A DNA stretch of 63,321 nt, the filler included, from Phoronis australis (taxonomy: Eukaryota > Animalia > Phoronida), in NCBI GenBank assembly GCA_002633005.1. It is 10 parts of 10 records of this genome, joined end to end, with 100 filler letters (N's around TTAATTAATTAA, not from the genome) between each part and the next. Parts side by side here need not be neighbours in the genome. Positions count along the whole stretch, not along the records: positions 1 to 7,332 come from NMRA01000051.1; positions 7,433 to 9,632 come from NMRA01003797.1; positions 9,733 to 15,562 come from NMRA01002265.1; 7 more parts are not named here. One strand, given 5' to 3'. The position numbers and the translations under genes are program-made. The notes beneath the pieces are model-generated. The model did no database searches. It saw only the letters and a list, made by a program, of their open reading frames with translations, and was not told the origin of the DNA. Of this stretch, positions 1 to 11,813 are shown one piece after another. Every line of letters starts with the position of its first letter. Within the stretch, counting starts at the first letter, position 1.

Positions 1-58
1 TTTTAGCTATCAAATTTGCGAACAAATAACTTACAATGGCAGCAACATTTTTGATTAC

Positions 59-211
59 CTGCATCTAATTTTGGTAATAGTTTGCGTATAATTCCCTCCT
101 TGAGATAGTCCCGTCGTATGTAGGCAAGGGGATCCGTTGGGTGGATGTTGACATCACACACCGGGCACTGGAGACTAAACCCTACATGCTTGACTATGCA
201 GCTCTTGCAAT
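59..211 (-). CDS. PCGF/BMI1-family RING finger, next coding exon (gene runs off the window start)
   Basis: Acceptor attttag and donor GTAATC; phase-compatible with exon 1393-1534. Gives YCKSCIVKHVGFSLQCPVCDVNIHPTDPLAYIRRDYLKEGIIRKLLPKLDA, which completes the C3HC4 RING. Confidence 0.88.
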
Positions 212-1392
212 CTAAAATGTACCACAATATCAAATCAGGGCCATTGAATGATACAGCAATCTCACCAGGCATTGTGAAAAGCAGGGTGGGCCACCATGTC
301 CCAGACAAGTTTTAACCACTAGGATCAAATTTTGAGCCACCACAGTTATTTTTTATGGATAGTCATATCAATCTCGACTCCACAGTGAACATTCAAAAAG
401 CAATATATAAATATATAGTCTAGATTGATGTGAAAATCTGTCAAAAATTGAAAAGTGGTCTCAACCAGTCTTGTAAAATGTCAAGTCAACATTGTCACAT
501 TCTACACTGCAGTCTGAACAGATTTACCATTTTTATGTCAATTATTACACAACTAGTAATTATTCACAAAAAAGTTTAAGCTAAAATAGAGAACACACAG
601 TGGTCTCCCCTTTACACTTAACTAAACGTTGCATCTGACAGCATTCCAACGTTCTCAGCCAGCTCACATTTAATCTGGGTGAGACAATGCGGTTAACATC
701 ACGGTTTCAAACAAAGCTACAGAGGTTAGACTCTCCAAAAACCTCTCAAGACTTAAATAGCAGTGCTCGATTTGGCGACCTGCAGTTCCCTAATGTGACT
801 TCAGATTGTGTTTGGAGACCTGGGAAAAATCCCAAGTCGCCACTGCCAGTATCAAAGTCGGACAATAAATTTGTTTCAAAGTTCGTGTCGATTTCCAAAC
901 TTTAAAATACAAACATTCAGTACCTGTGATTCAAAATAGTTCCATTTATTTCGTGAAATCAGAGCATTTGTCACCACAGCAGTCAGCACACATGAAATGT
1001 GCTTTTTACATGAAATAAACAGCCTGAAGTTGGAATTCACCAAAAATCAGGAAAGATCGATGAAATACACGCGAGCACTGTACGTGATCGTCTGCGTTTC
1101 ATGTTCGTTCGCAACCTCAGATTTTGTTTGGCAACCTGGAAATTTTGCCAGGTGACCAAAGGCAACTTTAAGTAATATTGAGCACTGAACTACAACTAAA
1201 ACTTCAATAAAAGGCAGAAATTTTCATTAATACAACAGCTATCCTAATGCTATGAACTATGACATAACTACTAAATTTGACTGCGAGCATTTAACATAAA
1301 ATGAACTCAATCATGGAGATTTTTCTGACCCAATTGTTTCAAAGACTATATTCTAGAAGGCTGGCAAACATGTGACATACGAGTATACTTAC

Positions 1393-1534
1393 AGGTGTGG
1401 TTGCACTCAGTGATGGTGGTGGGTTCGATGAGGTACCCAGTGCACAGAGGACATGTGATATGTGGGTTCAGCTCAATTACTGGTATCAGCTTGTCTAGAG
1501 GACGATTTGCCTTGCTTCTAGAAACACGTCGCAT
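1393..1534 (-). CDS. Polycomb group RING finger (PCGF/BMI1 family) protein, first visible coding exon
   Basis: ATG at 1534-1532 gives MRRVSRSKANRPLDKLIPVIELNPHITCPLCTGYLIEPTTITECNHT. Acceptor ttttgcag before 1549; donor GTAAGT after 1393 (phase 1). Matches the PCGF signature LNPHxxCxLCxGYLIxxTTIxECxHT. Confidence 0.88.
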
Positions 1535-1819
1535 CGTGTCACAAGGTTGCTGCAAAAGGAAGCACTTGATCTAAATTTTTTAAGTACTGCAGGCTCATAG
1601 TAGATGTCCAAGGGTGATGTCATGCACTAGTGACTACTTTTGGTAACAGTTGTATGCAACGGTATTGGTGTTCTCTACAACTCAAAACGCAAACAAAACC
1701 GGTAGAAGGGCAAGACAGGCGATACTCCTTCTTGTGCAAAATATCAAGTTGCACTGTCTTATGAGTATTTCTTCCTGCTTTGTTACCTGATGTACTTTAC
1801 AGCAATGCACATCAAAGCA

Positions 1820-2840
1820 CCAATGATGGTAATCCGTTGTCAACACCATATAAACACACTTTATAAATTTGGTAAAGATCGTACAAACAGTTTAGGAGAT
1901 ACAGCCATGGTCGCAAAACAAAAACTAAACTGCCACTAGGAGGCGCCACAGTAGTCGAAGTCAACAGAAAATCAGCGTCACCCGTCCACTTCATAGTAAA
2001 AACATACATGCCAATTTTCACAATTATCCTGAAAGCGGTTTGGTTGATAGAGGGGTGGAAGCTAAAAAACAAATTCAAAAACAGTAAAAATGGCCACCAG
2101 GTGGCGCACACCAGGTCGAAACCATCTGAAAACGGAAAGATAGTGTCACCTCACTAACAGAAGCCTATACACCAAATTTTATGAAAATACATTGAGGACC
2201 TTTGAAGATACAGAGGTAAACGTAAAAAAGTAAAATTGCCACTAGGTAGTACACCAGTAGTAACATCTGTCCGAAAGTTGTTGTCCGATGTCATCATCAT
2301 ATAAATGCACTTCCGAAGTATAGTAAAGATCCTGCAAACGGAGATATTGCAATAGACGCAAAAAAACAAAAGTGCCACTAGGAGGCGCCACAGTAGTTGA
2401 AGTCGTCGGAAAGTCATCGTCAGCCGTTCTCTTCATAGTAAGAGCACACATGCAAATTTTCACAATCGATCATGCTTTGAGTGGTTTGGTTGATAGAGGG
2501 ATGGACGCTAAAAAACAGATGCGAAAGCAGTAAAAATGGCTACTAGGTGGCCCAAACTACGTCGAATGCATCCGAAAACGGGAGAATACCGTCGTCTCAC
2601 TAATAAATGCCTATATACGAAATTTTGTGAAAATATGTTGAGGGCTTTTGAAGATACAGAGGTAAACATAAAAACTAAAATTGCCACTATGGGGCACACT
2701 GATTGTCGGATCCGTCTGAAAGTTCGCTCATGCCATCCCATCCACGAAAGGAACACATGGAGATAGAACAGCGGACACCGAACGAATGGAGATGGCGGGA
2801 TAATGCGTCTACATACAAATTATGTGGACGGATAATTAGG
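1820..2840 (-). mobile_element. Helentron-like non-autonomous element (HINE), family A, with internal tandem sub-repeats
   Basis: 5' hairpin (minus strand gtccacata-atttg-tatgtagac) and ~150-bp degenerate sub-repeats each containing a CCACTAGGNGGC-like core. Same family as 58200-59668. Confidence 0.65.
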
Positions 2841-3597
2841 CCATTTTTTTGTTATACATCAAAATGAATCATGACCTTTCTTTCAGTCCCATGTCTGCAT
2901 TCTCTAACAATCATCACAGATTTTTCAGGGAACCAGATTAAACTTTTTTAGCGATTATTGTGCATGGACCAAAGATCATGATTCGCTAAATATGCAGAGT
3001 TCCGTTTAATTTGAATTTTAGCTGCGTCATTCTCAAAACTCGAATACAACAAGTTTGAAATCAAGAAATTGTTAGCTTATGACTCTAGTTTTATTAAATA
3101 TCATTGGCACCTGGTATGTATGATTTACATTCCCATGTACTCAAATTATAGACTCCTAAAAGCAAGGATAAAGCTGCATTCTGTCCAAGTAGTGAAATCA
3201 GTCTTGATTTGTTCCTTACAGCACTCAAGACAGGCGAATATTTGCTACTCGGAGTCCGGTTTGTTAAACGTGGCGACCACCACCTTTGACTTCAACAGTT
3301 GCAATTTATTAAAACGGGCAGTGATCGAAGTAAACAAAATCAAGGAAACCCCGATCCCATGGCTAAGCTCAAACAAGTACAGTGTATAATTGAAGGCGTG
3401 TGCAAGTAGTGGCGATGTGATCGTTAAACTTCCGACCAAGCATGCACATTAATGCCTACACACGGAATTCCGTGTCGTTCATCATGTTTCTATTCTACAG
3501 GGCCGCTTTTCAGTATAGGTGGCGGTGTGTCAGAGGGTAACGCACGTCCTCACTGGTTCACCCCGTGTCGCTAGGTGGTATAGCCAGCACCCAGGCA

Positions 3598-3778
3598 CAG
3601 GGCTTGGAATGACCAATGACAAAAACGCGGAAACTTTTACGGCCCAAATCATGCGCGCTACCCAGCCTTGAAATGGTTGATGTGAACCTTTCCCCCAACA
3701 AAAATCGGGAGGACTAAAAAAAACAGAACATTTGAAAAAAGGGGAAATCCGCGTTTCCGCGGAAAATTCCAAGCCCTG
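3598..3778. mobile_element. Short hAT-like MITE
   Basis: Perfect 13-bp TIR CAGGGCTTGGAAT...ATTCCAAGCCCTG. Flanks caggca/cagcca give an imperfect 6-bp TSD. Confidence 0.6.
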
Positions 3779-4221
3779 CAGCCATTAGCACACGCTTTAT
3801 CAGTGATGTAACCTCAGCAGTCATTGGTTAGCTTTACAACAAAGAGAAAAAGGCAGAATATGAATGATGTTTAGCTTTGTCAATGTCATGCAAGTGGCCT
3901 AGCAGCAACTATTTCGTTTCTGCAGTAACGTTTAATAGCCGCGTGCTTGAAGCACATACGCGTACTATAAAGAAGCCATCATCTGGCCAATTTAACTCCT
4001 GTGTTATTCATACTGAATGAATACAGGACAGCAATGTAAACAAACAGCGACAGTAGAAAGATGTACTCCGAAAACGCGCAGCCACAATATTCTGGGATTC
4101 ACATTTATTGAACATGAATTTTAAGCACCGATTTGACTATACCACAGCCCCACATTTACTCTTCCTCCATCAGTCTTGCCAGTTCGTTTGCGTAAAGCGC
4201 TGCCTATTGAGAATTCGACCA

Positions 4222-4999
4222 GGTAATTGTTTACAATATGACGACAATGACTTAGACATATGATTTTGGTATCGTTCGATTCCTTGCAATGTTATCTTTC
4301 CAAATATACACAGAAATTTCTCCTACCCCGTTCCCTTAGTATTTTAACGTGAAATTTCTTCTAGCACTATTTCCTGGTACGCGGTAATAATACCGCCATG
4401 TTGAATGGAAGGAGTCACCTGTCAGTCAAAAACTGAACTAATCTACCAACTTGCAGATCGTCGCTTTTCATAAGTTCAAAATGACCGAGACCCGTCAATT
4501 CCCTGCCTGTGTTACGGAACCAAGGATTCGAATTCGATCCTATGGTGACCCTGATATACGCATTTGCTAGCAAGAATCCGCCAAAACAGCGGAGGTTGTT
4601 TTTGAGGTCCAAATTTGTGAAAAGAGTATCACTTTTCAGACAACTTCGTGGAAAAATGGTCACATTTCTAAAAAAATGGAAAAGGTAAAATGCTTCTATT
4701 TGTTCATCAATATTATGTCAGGAAAACTTTAGCGGGAATCTCGCGCAGGCAAACACCATTCAGAATCAACTTAATGATGCTGTTTCATTCATTAACAGTA
4801 GGTGTTGCTGTAATCTCGAGTTGAGCTAACATGGCGGTGTCCACCGGGAAATAGTGCCAACTGAAATTCGAGGATAAAATACGGAGGAAATGCGGTAGGG
4901 GATCAATTCATATATTTTTGGAAAGATAACATTGCGAGGAATCGAACGATACCAAAATCATATGTCTAAGTCATTGTCGTCATATTGTAAACAATTACC
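4222..4999. mobile_element. Merlin-like MITE
   Basis: Long TIRs starting GGTAATTGTTTACAATATGACGACAATGACTTAGAC (>80 bp near-identical inverted match) and an exact 8-bp TSD TTCGACCA at 4214-4221 and 5000-5007. GGNRM termini with an 8-bp TSD fit the Merlin superfamily. Confidence 0.75.
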
Positions 5000-5549
5000 T
5001 TCGACCAGCCAATCAGAAACGCTGGTGTAAAAAAACTTCCCGGAGGAAAACTAAGTGATATCTGCGTGCTGGCTACCACCTGGCGGCACGCAGGGAACTA
5101 GCGAGACCACGCCCCGGCTTACAACTGTAGTCGCCACNCGGAGGTTGTTTTTGAGGTCCAAATTTGTGAAAAGAGGATCACTTCAGACAACTTCGTGGAA
5201 AAATGGTCAAATGGTCACATTTCTAAAAAAATGGAAAAGGTAAAATGCTTCTATTTGTTCATCAATATTATGTCAGGAAAACTTTAGCGGGAATCTCGCG
5301 CAGGCAAACACCATTCAGAATCAATGATGCTATTTCATTCATTAACAGTAGGTGTTGCTGTAATCTCGAGTTGAGCTAACATGGCGGTGTCCACCGGGAA
5401 ATAGTGCCAACTGAAATTCGAGGATAAATTACGGAGGAAATGCGGTAGGGGATCAATTCATATATTTTTGGAAAGATAACATTGCGAGGAATCGAACGAT
5501 ACCAAAATCATATGTCTAAGTCATTGTCGTCATATTGTAAACAATTACC

Positions 5550-5700
5550 TTCGACCAGCCAATCAGAAATGCTGGTGTAAAAAAACTTCCCGGAGGAAAA
5601 CTAAGTGATATCTGCGTGCTGGCTACCACCTGGCGGCACTCAGGGAACTAGCGAGACCACGCCCCGGCTTACAACTGTAGTCGCCACTTCCGGTTTTAAG
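5550..5700. promoter_or_regulatory. Promoter-like motif cluster (CCAAT, CTCF-like, GC-box-like, ETS)
   Basis: agCCAATcag, CCACCTGGCGGC (reverse CCGCCAGGTGG), ccacgcccc and CACTTCCGG within 150 bp, upstream of the minus-strand PCGF exons. Confidence 0.4.
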
Positions 5701-7332
5701 TTTGTAGGACTTGACCAAATGCAATCAAAAAAGGTACATGATCTGCATGTCTTTTTACCACCGAGCTAGAGTTCTGTGCTTTTACAATGAAACGTAAAAA
5801 GAATTAAGGTAATTGGTAATTGAAAGGTTTTTGTTGGGTTTATCCCCAGACGACAAAACTACGCTCTTCGCGCATACATGACGAACCCTTCCAAATGAGT
5901 AACACTGCGGAATCACAGCTTTCAGAAAATGCGAAATACTTTAGAAGGAGTTAACAATGGTTGGTATACCACAACGGGCAATCTGCACGTCTGCTAACCC
6001 CACGTGTCGAAAAAATTCGTCAGCGCCATTTCTTACGTCAATGTATTGCTAGTGACGAGTGATTTGATTGGTTAATTTTTCATAAATATGCAAATTTGGT
6101 CCAATGTGTTGTCCCTTTACAGTATGTAATAGTAGACAAATCATGTCGAAAAATCATCGTTCAAAAAAAATTTCATTACAAAAATTTAAACAGAAATACA
6201 ATAATATTTTAAAAAGTAAAAAAATTAAGTTTTTACTATGTTCATGCAACCAAGTTTATTTTTTGCTATGTTATCGCTACATTTATCAGCCAATCTCGTC
6301 TATAAAATTTCAAGATGGTGGTGAGTAGTGCACATGTGTTGTTGGTAAAAGAACGAACTTTTCATGATTTTTGTCAATTGTCGAAGCCCTGTTGTGGCGT
6401 TACATGGACGATTACCATGATAATTCTAAAGTTAAAAACAGTAGGGATAAGTCAGTCACCATAATCTGTCTGGGAGCTTAATTTTGCCGTTTCTCTGTGT
6501 GTAGAAAAAACACTTGGGCCTCCCTCCCGGCCTTTGCGTGTCGCGATCTTAACACCCAAACAGTGTCTATAAATAAGCAATCCATTAAAGGACATTTTGT
6601 GCTTGAGAAGGTGGTTATCCCTTTGAACATAAGTGTACTTGCAAACGGTCTTTTATTTGGGATTGTGAATTCGTTTGTTAAGGAAACGTGTAGACAGTGA
6701 CCACCATCTCTGCAGTGCTGGCACTGCCAGTACTACTGGTAGGGCGGTCGAACCAAAATTTTTTTTTTCGTTTTGAAAAAATTCTCGATTATCATCGGGA
6801 AGATAATGCATCCTACTCAATAAAAATCGAAAAATTATCAAAATCGAGCCAAGCAGTACAAAGTTATTGCAATTTTTGTGGTGAAATTTGGGTCACTTGT
6901 TTGGATCGGTTCGGCCATCTTGGACGACAGCGGAATAAGTTACGAGTTTAAAACTTAGTATAAATTATTTTCGCCAATAATTTACGCTAAAAATTAGGGA
7001 GACATATCTTTACTTACTATTCTGCGCGATTCACTAGTTTTCACCAAATTTAAGCATCGCAGTTCTTACTTATTGAGTGATAAAAGTGCTGAGAATTCCC
7101 GTTGGACTTAGTCTCATTTCCGGCGGCACCGACAACATGGCGACTTTTGCTGAACTGAAAGGCATGTTCAACCGGCTACTTTGTAATTTATGAAGATTTA
7201 ACGTTGATACATTTTGACAAACGCTGCTAAAAAAAAGGAACTCTGATCAATTTTCATGTTTTTGGGCAAAAAATATTAGGAATATTCTAATTATTTTACT
7301 GTGAATTTCCCATTCAGGTGATCTTACACTCG

Positions 7333-7432
7333 NNNNNNNNNNNNNNNNNNNNNNNNNNNNNNNNNNNNNNNNNNNNTTAATTAATTAANNNNNNNNNNNN
7401 NNNNNNNNNNNNNNNNNNNNNNNNNNNNNNNN
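7333..7432. other. Artificial contig spacer (also at 9633, 15563, 36240, 39995, 44674, 51552, 55425 and 60199; each 100 nt)
   Basis: Identical N44-TTAATTAATTAA-N44 blocks, a stop-in-all-frames linker. Confidence 0.97.
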
Positions 7433-7642
7433 ACTTCGAGGAGTTTATTTCATATAAAAATAATCCCAAACACTGCGTTCATCGGCTTTGTAGCTTATTG
7501 TGTCCCTTGGAATGAAATAGAATGGAACGGAATGGTGTTCAGTCAACTGAATTGTGCAAATCTACGAATGCGGTGAGAATGTGGTCAGTAAAACAAAAAG
7601 GGACAAAGCGTTACAAAAAAGTACATCAAATTAATTACTCAC

Positions 7643-7694
7643 CCGCAAATGTTTCGGTCAAAACGGCCAGGAGCACCAATGTTTCCCGCTCCAT
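7643..7694 (-). CDS. Possible signal-peptide first exon of a secreted or membrane protein
   Basis: atcATGG start gives MERETLVLLAVLTETFA followed by a phase-1 donor G|GTGAGT. The rest would lie beyond the contig end. Confidence 0.35.
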
Positions 7695-9392
7695 GATATC
7701 AACAACTTCTATTTTGAAATCCTGTGGGTGCCACGCTGATATGAAATGCCACAACAAGATCAAAGTTTACCTCATTTTGAACCACGCTGATCTCTTTCGG
7801 CGTAAATTGTGATATCTTTGCCATACTTAAAAACCGATAGCGATTTAACCTAGCAGTCGACATAGTAATCGGTGTCGTCTCCCGAAGTCGACTTCAGCGG
7901 TCAACAGCACCTGGGGGTCATTGTAATTCCAAAGACATCGACTGGGTCTCTTTACCAGGAGATTACCACAGGCTGTTTTGAGTGAATACATTAAAATATC
8001 AAGTGAAGACCAGGCGAATTTTCTCCTTTAACTCGCAGCCCTGGGCGCTTGTAACACCTTTCACTATTTAATTGTATGCAATTTCCGATTTGCGCAGCGT
8101 AGCTTTTTTCGATGTGTAAGCATTTGGTGTCCAAGAATGAACAGGATGTGTCAAAATAGACATAATGGATCGGGCTCGTTGATCGTTAGCCTAATTAATG
8201 CATTACATTCCAGAGTAGTTTGGATCTTTACGGATACCAAATCCGGTTTTGGCTTACTAATAGATATTAAAATCGACATTCTCACCCAATCCCCCGAAAC
8301 AAATTAATGGTCTTTAACATTCGACAACCCTCAAAGAATTTGAAAACTCCTTCCGATGTCTGCTAAACGGGCATGCGTGACCTCCGCTTTTAGCGAATTA
8401 CAAGGCAACTGTGGAAAAAGACTACCCACCGAGAACCATGATACCAAATCTGTGACATAGGGAATATAAGTTTTTAGTTGATTAGCGCCAATGATACAGT
8501 AACAGGTGACAGAACGAGGATTGGCTGAAATCACCAAAACAAAATGTGTATTGAAAATAGTTAGTCCTGTGCCACAACGGCGTCAACGTTTTACTTACTA
8601 CTGATGGGAAATGTAATGCATTCTGAACACGGGAGCCATTTTGTAGCAATAAGCAAGTGAGAATAATGTGATTGCTAACCGCATTTATTAGGCGTTTCGA
8701 CTTCATTTTGGACAAGATCGCGTTAGAATTCGCGAGGTATCGCCATCGATGTATTACATCCAATTCCGTGATCACACTGGCTACCATCTTGAGGAACGGC
8801 ACTCAACTCAGCTCAGAGGATTCAAAAACTACAATATATTGTTCATAATCGATCACGTTTTTTACAGCTGTTGACGGCTTCATTCCGGTAAAGGGTAGTG
8901 TACAATTATCATTGGCAGTGCAACCATCACTAGACTTGCTGTCGAAAACTATGTAAACAGAATGAAAAGTTATGACACATTCACCTCAAAAGTGCTTCTC
9001 TTGAATACAAAAACTTTCAGGCATTTAGACTCCCGTTCCCTCACGTGGTAGAATGAAGAGTGATATACCATGGCCAGGTTGGCAATGTTATACAAAAATA
9101 GACAAGTCTAGAGGTGATACCAGATCTTTCAGTGGAAACGTCCTATAAATTTTCATCGTGGACATTCTAGTTCTCTTGCTGAACTGACTCCCGTCAAAAT
9201 ACAACCGAGGGCCCTCGATACGCGTAAGCTGAAGACAGGTGGTGGCCACAGGCTCCAATCTGATCTTTCAGGGACAAATGTGCACAGGCCTTTACTCTCA
9301 TTAAATGGAAAAGTGCTCCTTATTTTTGAAGTTCTGGAAGCCATACCGGGATAAGTTCAGTCGCCGTGTCCGTTTTTCACGAGTTTGTCAAC

Positions 9393-9510
9393 ACGCCGCA
9401 CACTTGCTGCGTACTGGAGTGTACTCATTATCATCTCACTCGCACTTTGGGTATGCCATTACATCACTTTCCGAAAGATGATACACTCTGTCGTAACTTG
9501 ACTTGCTCGT
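9393..9510 (+). pseudogene. Degenerate THAP zinc-finger N-terminus (transposase relic)
   Basis: (M>T)PHTCCVLECTHYHLTRTLGMPLHHFPKDDTLCR matches the THAP pattern MPxxCxVxxC...HxFPKD. The rest of the domain is missing. Confidence 0.55.
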
Positions 9511-9732
9511 GTGAAGAACGAAGTGTTACCCGTCCACGCAACGTACAAAGCAGTGGAGAATGGGGCTATTCGGAAAATCTACAATAACTAGAGGGCGTGC
9601 GTGTACTAGTGGTGATAGATTAGCAGCCTCGANNNNNNNNNNNNNNNNNNNNNNNNNNNNNNNNNNNNNNNNNNNNTTAATTAATTAANNNNNNNNNNNN
9701 NNNNNNNNNNNNNNNNNNNNNNNNNNNNNNNN

Positions 9733-9950
9733 GATTGTATTGATGATTGTATTGATGATTGTATTGATGATTGTATTGATGATTGTATTGATGATTGTAT
9801 TGATGATTGTATTGATGATTGTATTGAGTATTGTATTAAGTATTGTATTAATGATTGTATTAATGATTGTATTAATGATTGTATTAATGATTGTATTAAT
9901 GATTGTATTAATGATTGTATTAATGATTGTATTAATGATTGTATTAAGTA
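9733..9950. repeat. 12-bp minisatellite (ATGATTGTATTG / ATGATTGTATTA)n
   Basis: About 18 direct copies starting at the contig edge. A G-variant block switches to an A-variant block near 9830-9850. Confidence 0.95.
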
Positions 9951-10345
9951 TTCTTTTACTGAAATTCTTGGAAGTTGCAAAGATCATTGAAATGATTGCT
10001 ACGTACATTAGATGATTTCCAAGTATTTCAATGTGCAAGGGTCCCGAGGGGTACATATACAAATAAACTATACGTAAATTACAGTAAAAATTCTCCAGTT
10101 TGGGGCATAATATGGCGGACGGGCGAAATTTCATTCTATTAATTTTCTCAACAAAAATAACTTTCCAGGAAAATCTACTTCGCTTCTAGCATGGTTTACA
10201 TGGTGTAGCTATTACCAATCAACATTTTGCGAAATTTTGAGCACTTGCAACAACGAGGCAAGTCTCTGAAAAATAGAAATTCAGCAGTTTCAGCAATTAT
10301 TTTTGTCCCAAACTGAATACTTTTTACCTCATTACAACAGCTCAC

Positions 10346-10438
10346 CTGATAGATTGGATCCTCTGAGTTGGCCATGGCTAGCATGATCTCCAGCACTCCT
10401 TGTGTTCCTAGGATACTGTTGCCCACATCGTACGGACC
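10346..10438 (-). CDS. unc-45: UNC-45 myosin chaperone, single internal exon
   Basis: cag|GPYDVGNSILGTQGVLEIMLAMANSEDPIYQ|gtgagc (93 nt, phase 0/0). Resembles the conserved UNC-45 central-domain motif GPxDVGNxxxxxxGxLxMxLAM. Confidence 0.75.
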
Positions 10439-11813
10439 CTGGTGTCAACACGCATAGATAATAGAAACAAATGCAAAGCACAGTAAAAGTAATAATAGTA
10501 ATAATATATTAGAGAAATGACGTTTCGAAATTCTCTCCAGTGATTGGATTTTAATGGGCTTTTTCAAACCACAGGATAGTGACGATCTACTGAAACCAAA
10601 GTCAACGAATCCTTGCCAAAATGCACCAAGTAAACAAATAACTTAGAAGGAGTAAAATCAACTTTTAATTCACATTCATTACTCACATCTATAAAGTCAA
10701 ACTAATGTTGTTCCGTACCATTTCTAGGCTTGAAAAGAACTGATAGGTTGTTATCGGCTCAGGTAAGGGCAGGAAAGTTTCAGTTGCTAGGGCAGTGATG
10801 GCCCTCAGGGAAATCTAAAGACTTGGACGTTATTAGTTTTACTGTTGAAAAATACATTTTTGGAATTATCTTAAGATGAGATCAACTTCTAGGAGATATT
10901 AATTCTATCTATATTTAGAAAACAATCACTTGTTCTAACTTGTAATTTTTTACAATCGCCAATTTCATGCCGTTGTCTGCCAGACGTTTGCCGAAATTGA
11001 GGCTGATAACTTAACCAGTTAAATATGCTTCAAATACTCCACCATTTATGGAGTGGGATTTTGCGGCAGACTGCCACCAGGGGGATTGTCAGTTCGATTC
11101 CGTGCTGAGGCTTATGGTGAAAAAAAATCAGTTTTCTAGCCGATAACGTAGCCTTAAGTGATTTACTGAAACCAATTCTAATTCAAATGAAAGATAACAC
11201 TATGATGCTGTTTACAAAGAGTAAATGCACCTGTGAAAAGGTGCCAGGACAATTAACGTTTAAAGCAGTTCTAAGCTCAGTCTAGACCCCCCTGGTTTTG
11301 ATACAAACTTTAAGTATACAACAATAGCTGGTTTTTGCAATAGCTGCGCCATATTGAAATTCATTATCCTGCCAAACAGTGATCAGGTCTTTGGTGGGCA
11401 GGCAATCAGCACCACCTGCAGATCCCCTGTAATGCCGATGGGCAGTTTCAACCTGCTGGTACAAACAGCGTCTTAACAACTTTCCTGGTATCACAATGCT
11501 GGCAAATTTTCACTGACATCATGTCCCATGACAGTGACTGCGAAACAGAATTTACAGCAGCAAAGTCAGTCAGTGCGACTGATAAATCGGGAAAAATTTC
11601 GATCCCAGCCGATGTCAAAAAGCTTAATAAATAAATTAGTGAACTTAACCTAATTAAATAATTTGAGAGGTTGATAGTGGGACTGAATCCTCTCTTTTAA
11701 ATTAATGAACCACTATTCTTATAATAGTGAATTATCTGCCCACTGAATCTGAGTCCGGAAGTCACTTTCTGGCTCTCAATATTCTAGAGATCACCAACAT
11801 GAAAAGTTTGCTA

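Noticed and set aside
761-1187. CAGTGCTC...GAGCACTG hAT-like element in the PCGF intron
   Set aside because: Only an 8-bp perfect inverted match and no target-site duplication. Plausible but not supportable.
4221-5000. AG...CT termini with a 6-bp TSD suggesting a mini-Polinton
   Set aside because: The flanks extend to a perfect 8-bp TSD with GGTAA termini, which fits Merlin better.
4590-5690. ~550-bp tandem duplication including a second MITE right end
   Set aside because: The junction is a single n (5138) and the copies are nearly identical, so this is a contig-overlap or haplotype artefact.
7377-7388. Recurrent TTAATTAATTAA motif
   Set aside because: Always centred in exactly 100-nt N blocks, so it is a synthetic linker. 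Gene neighbourhoods across these spacers are not meaningful.
9681-10134. Repetitive ORFs (IQSL, NTII, LMIV repeats)
   Set aside because: Translations of the 12-bp minisatellite.
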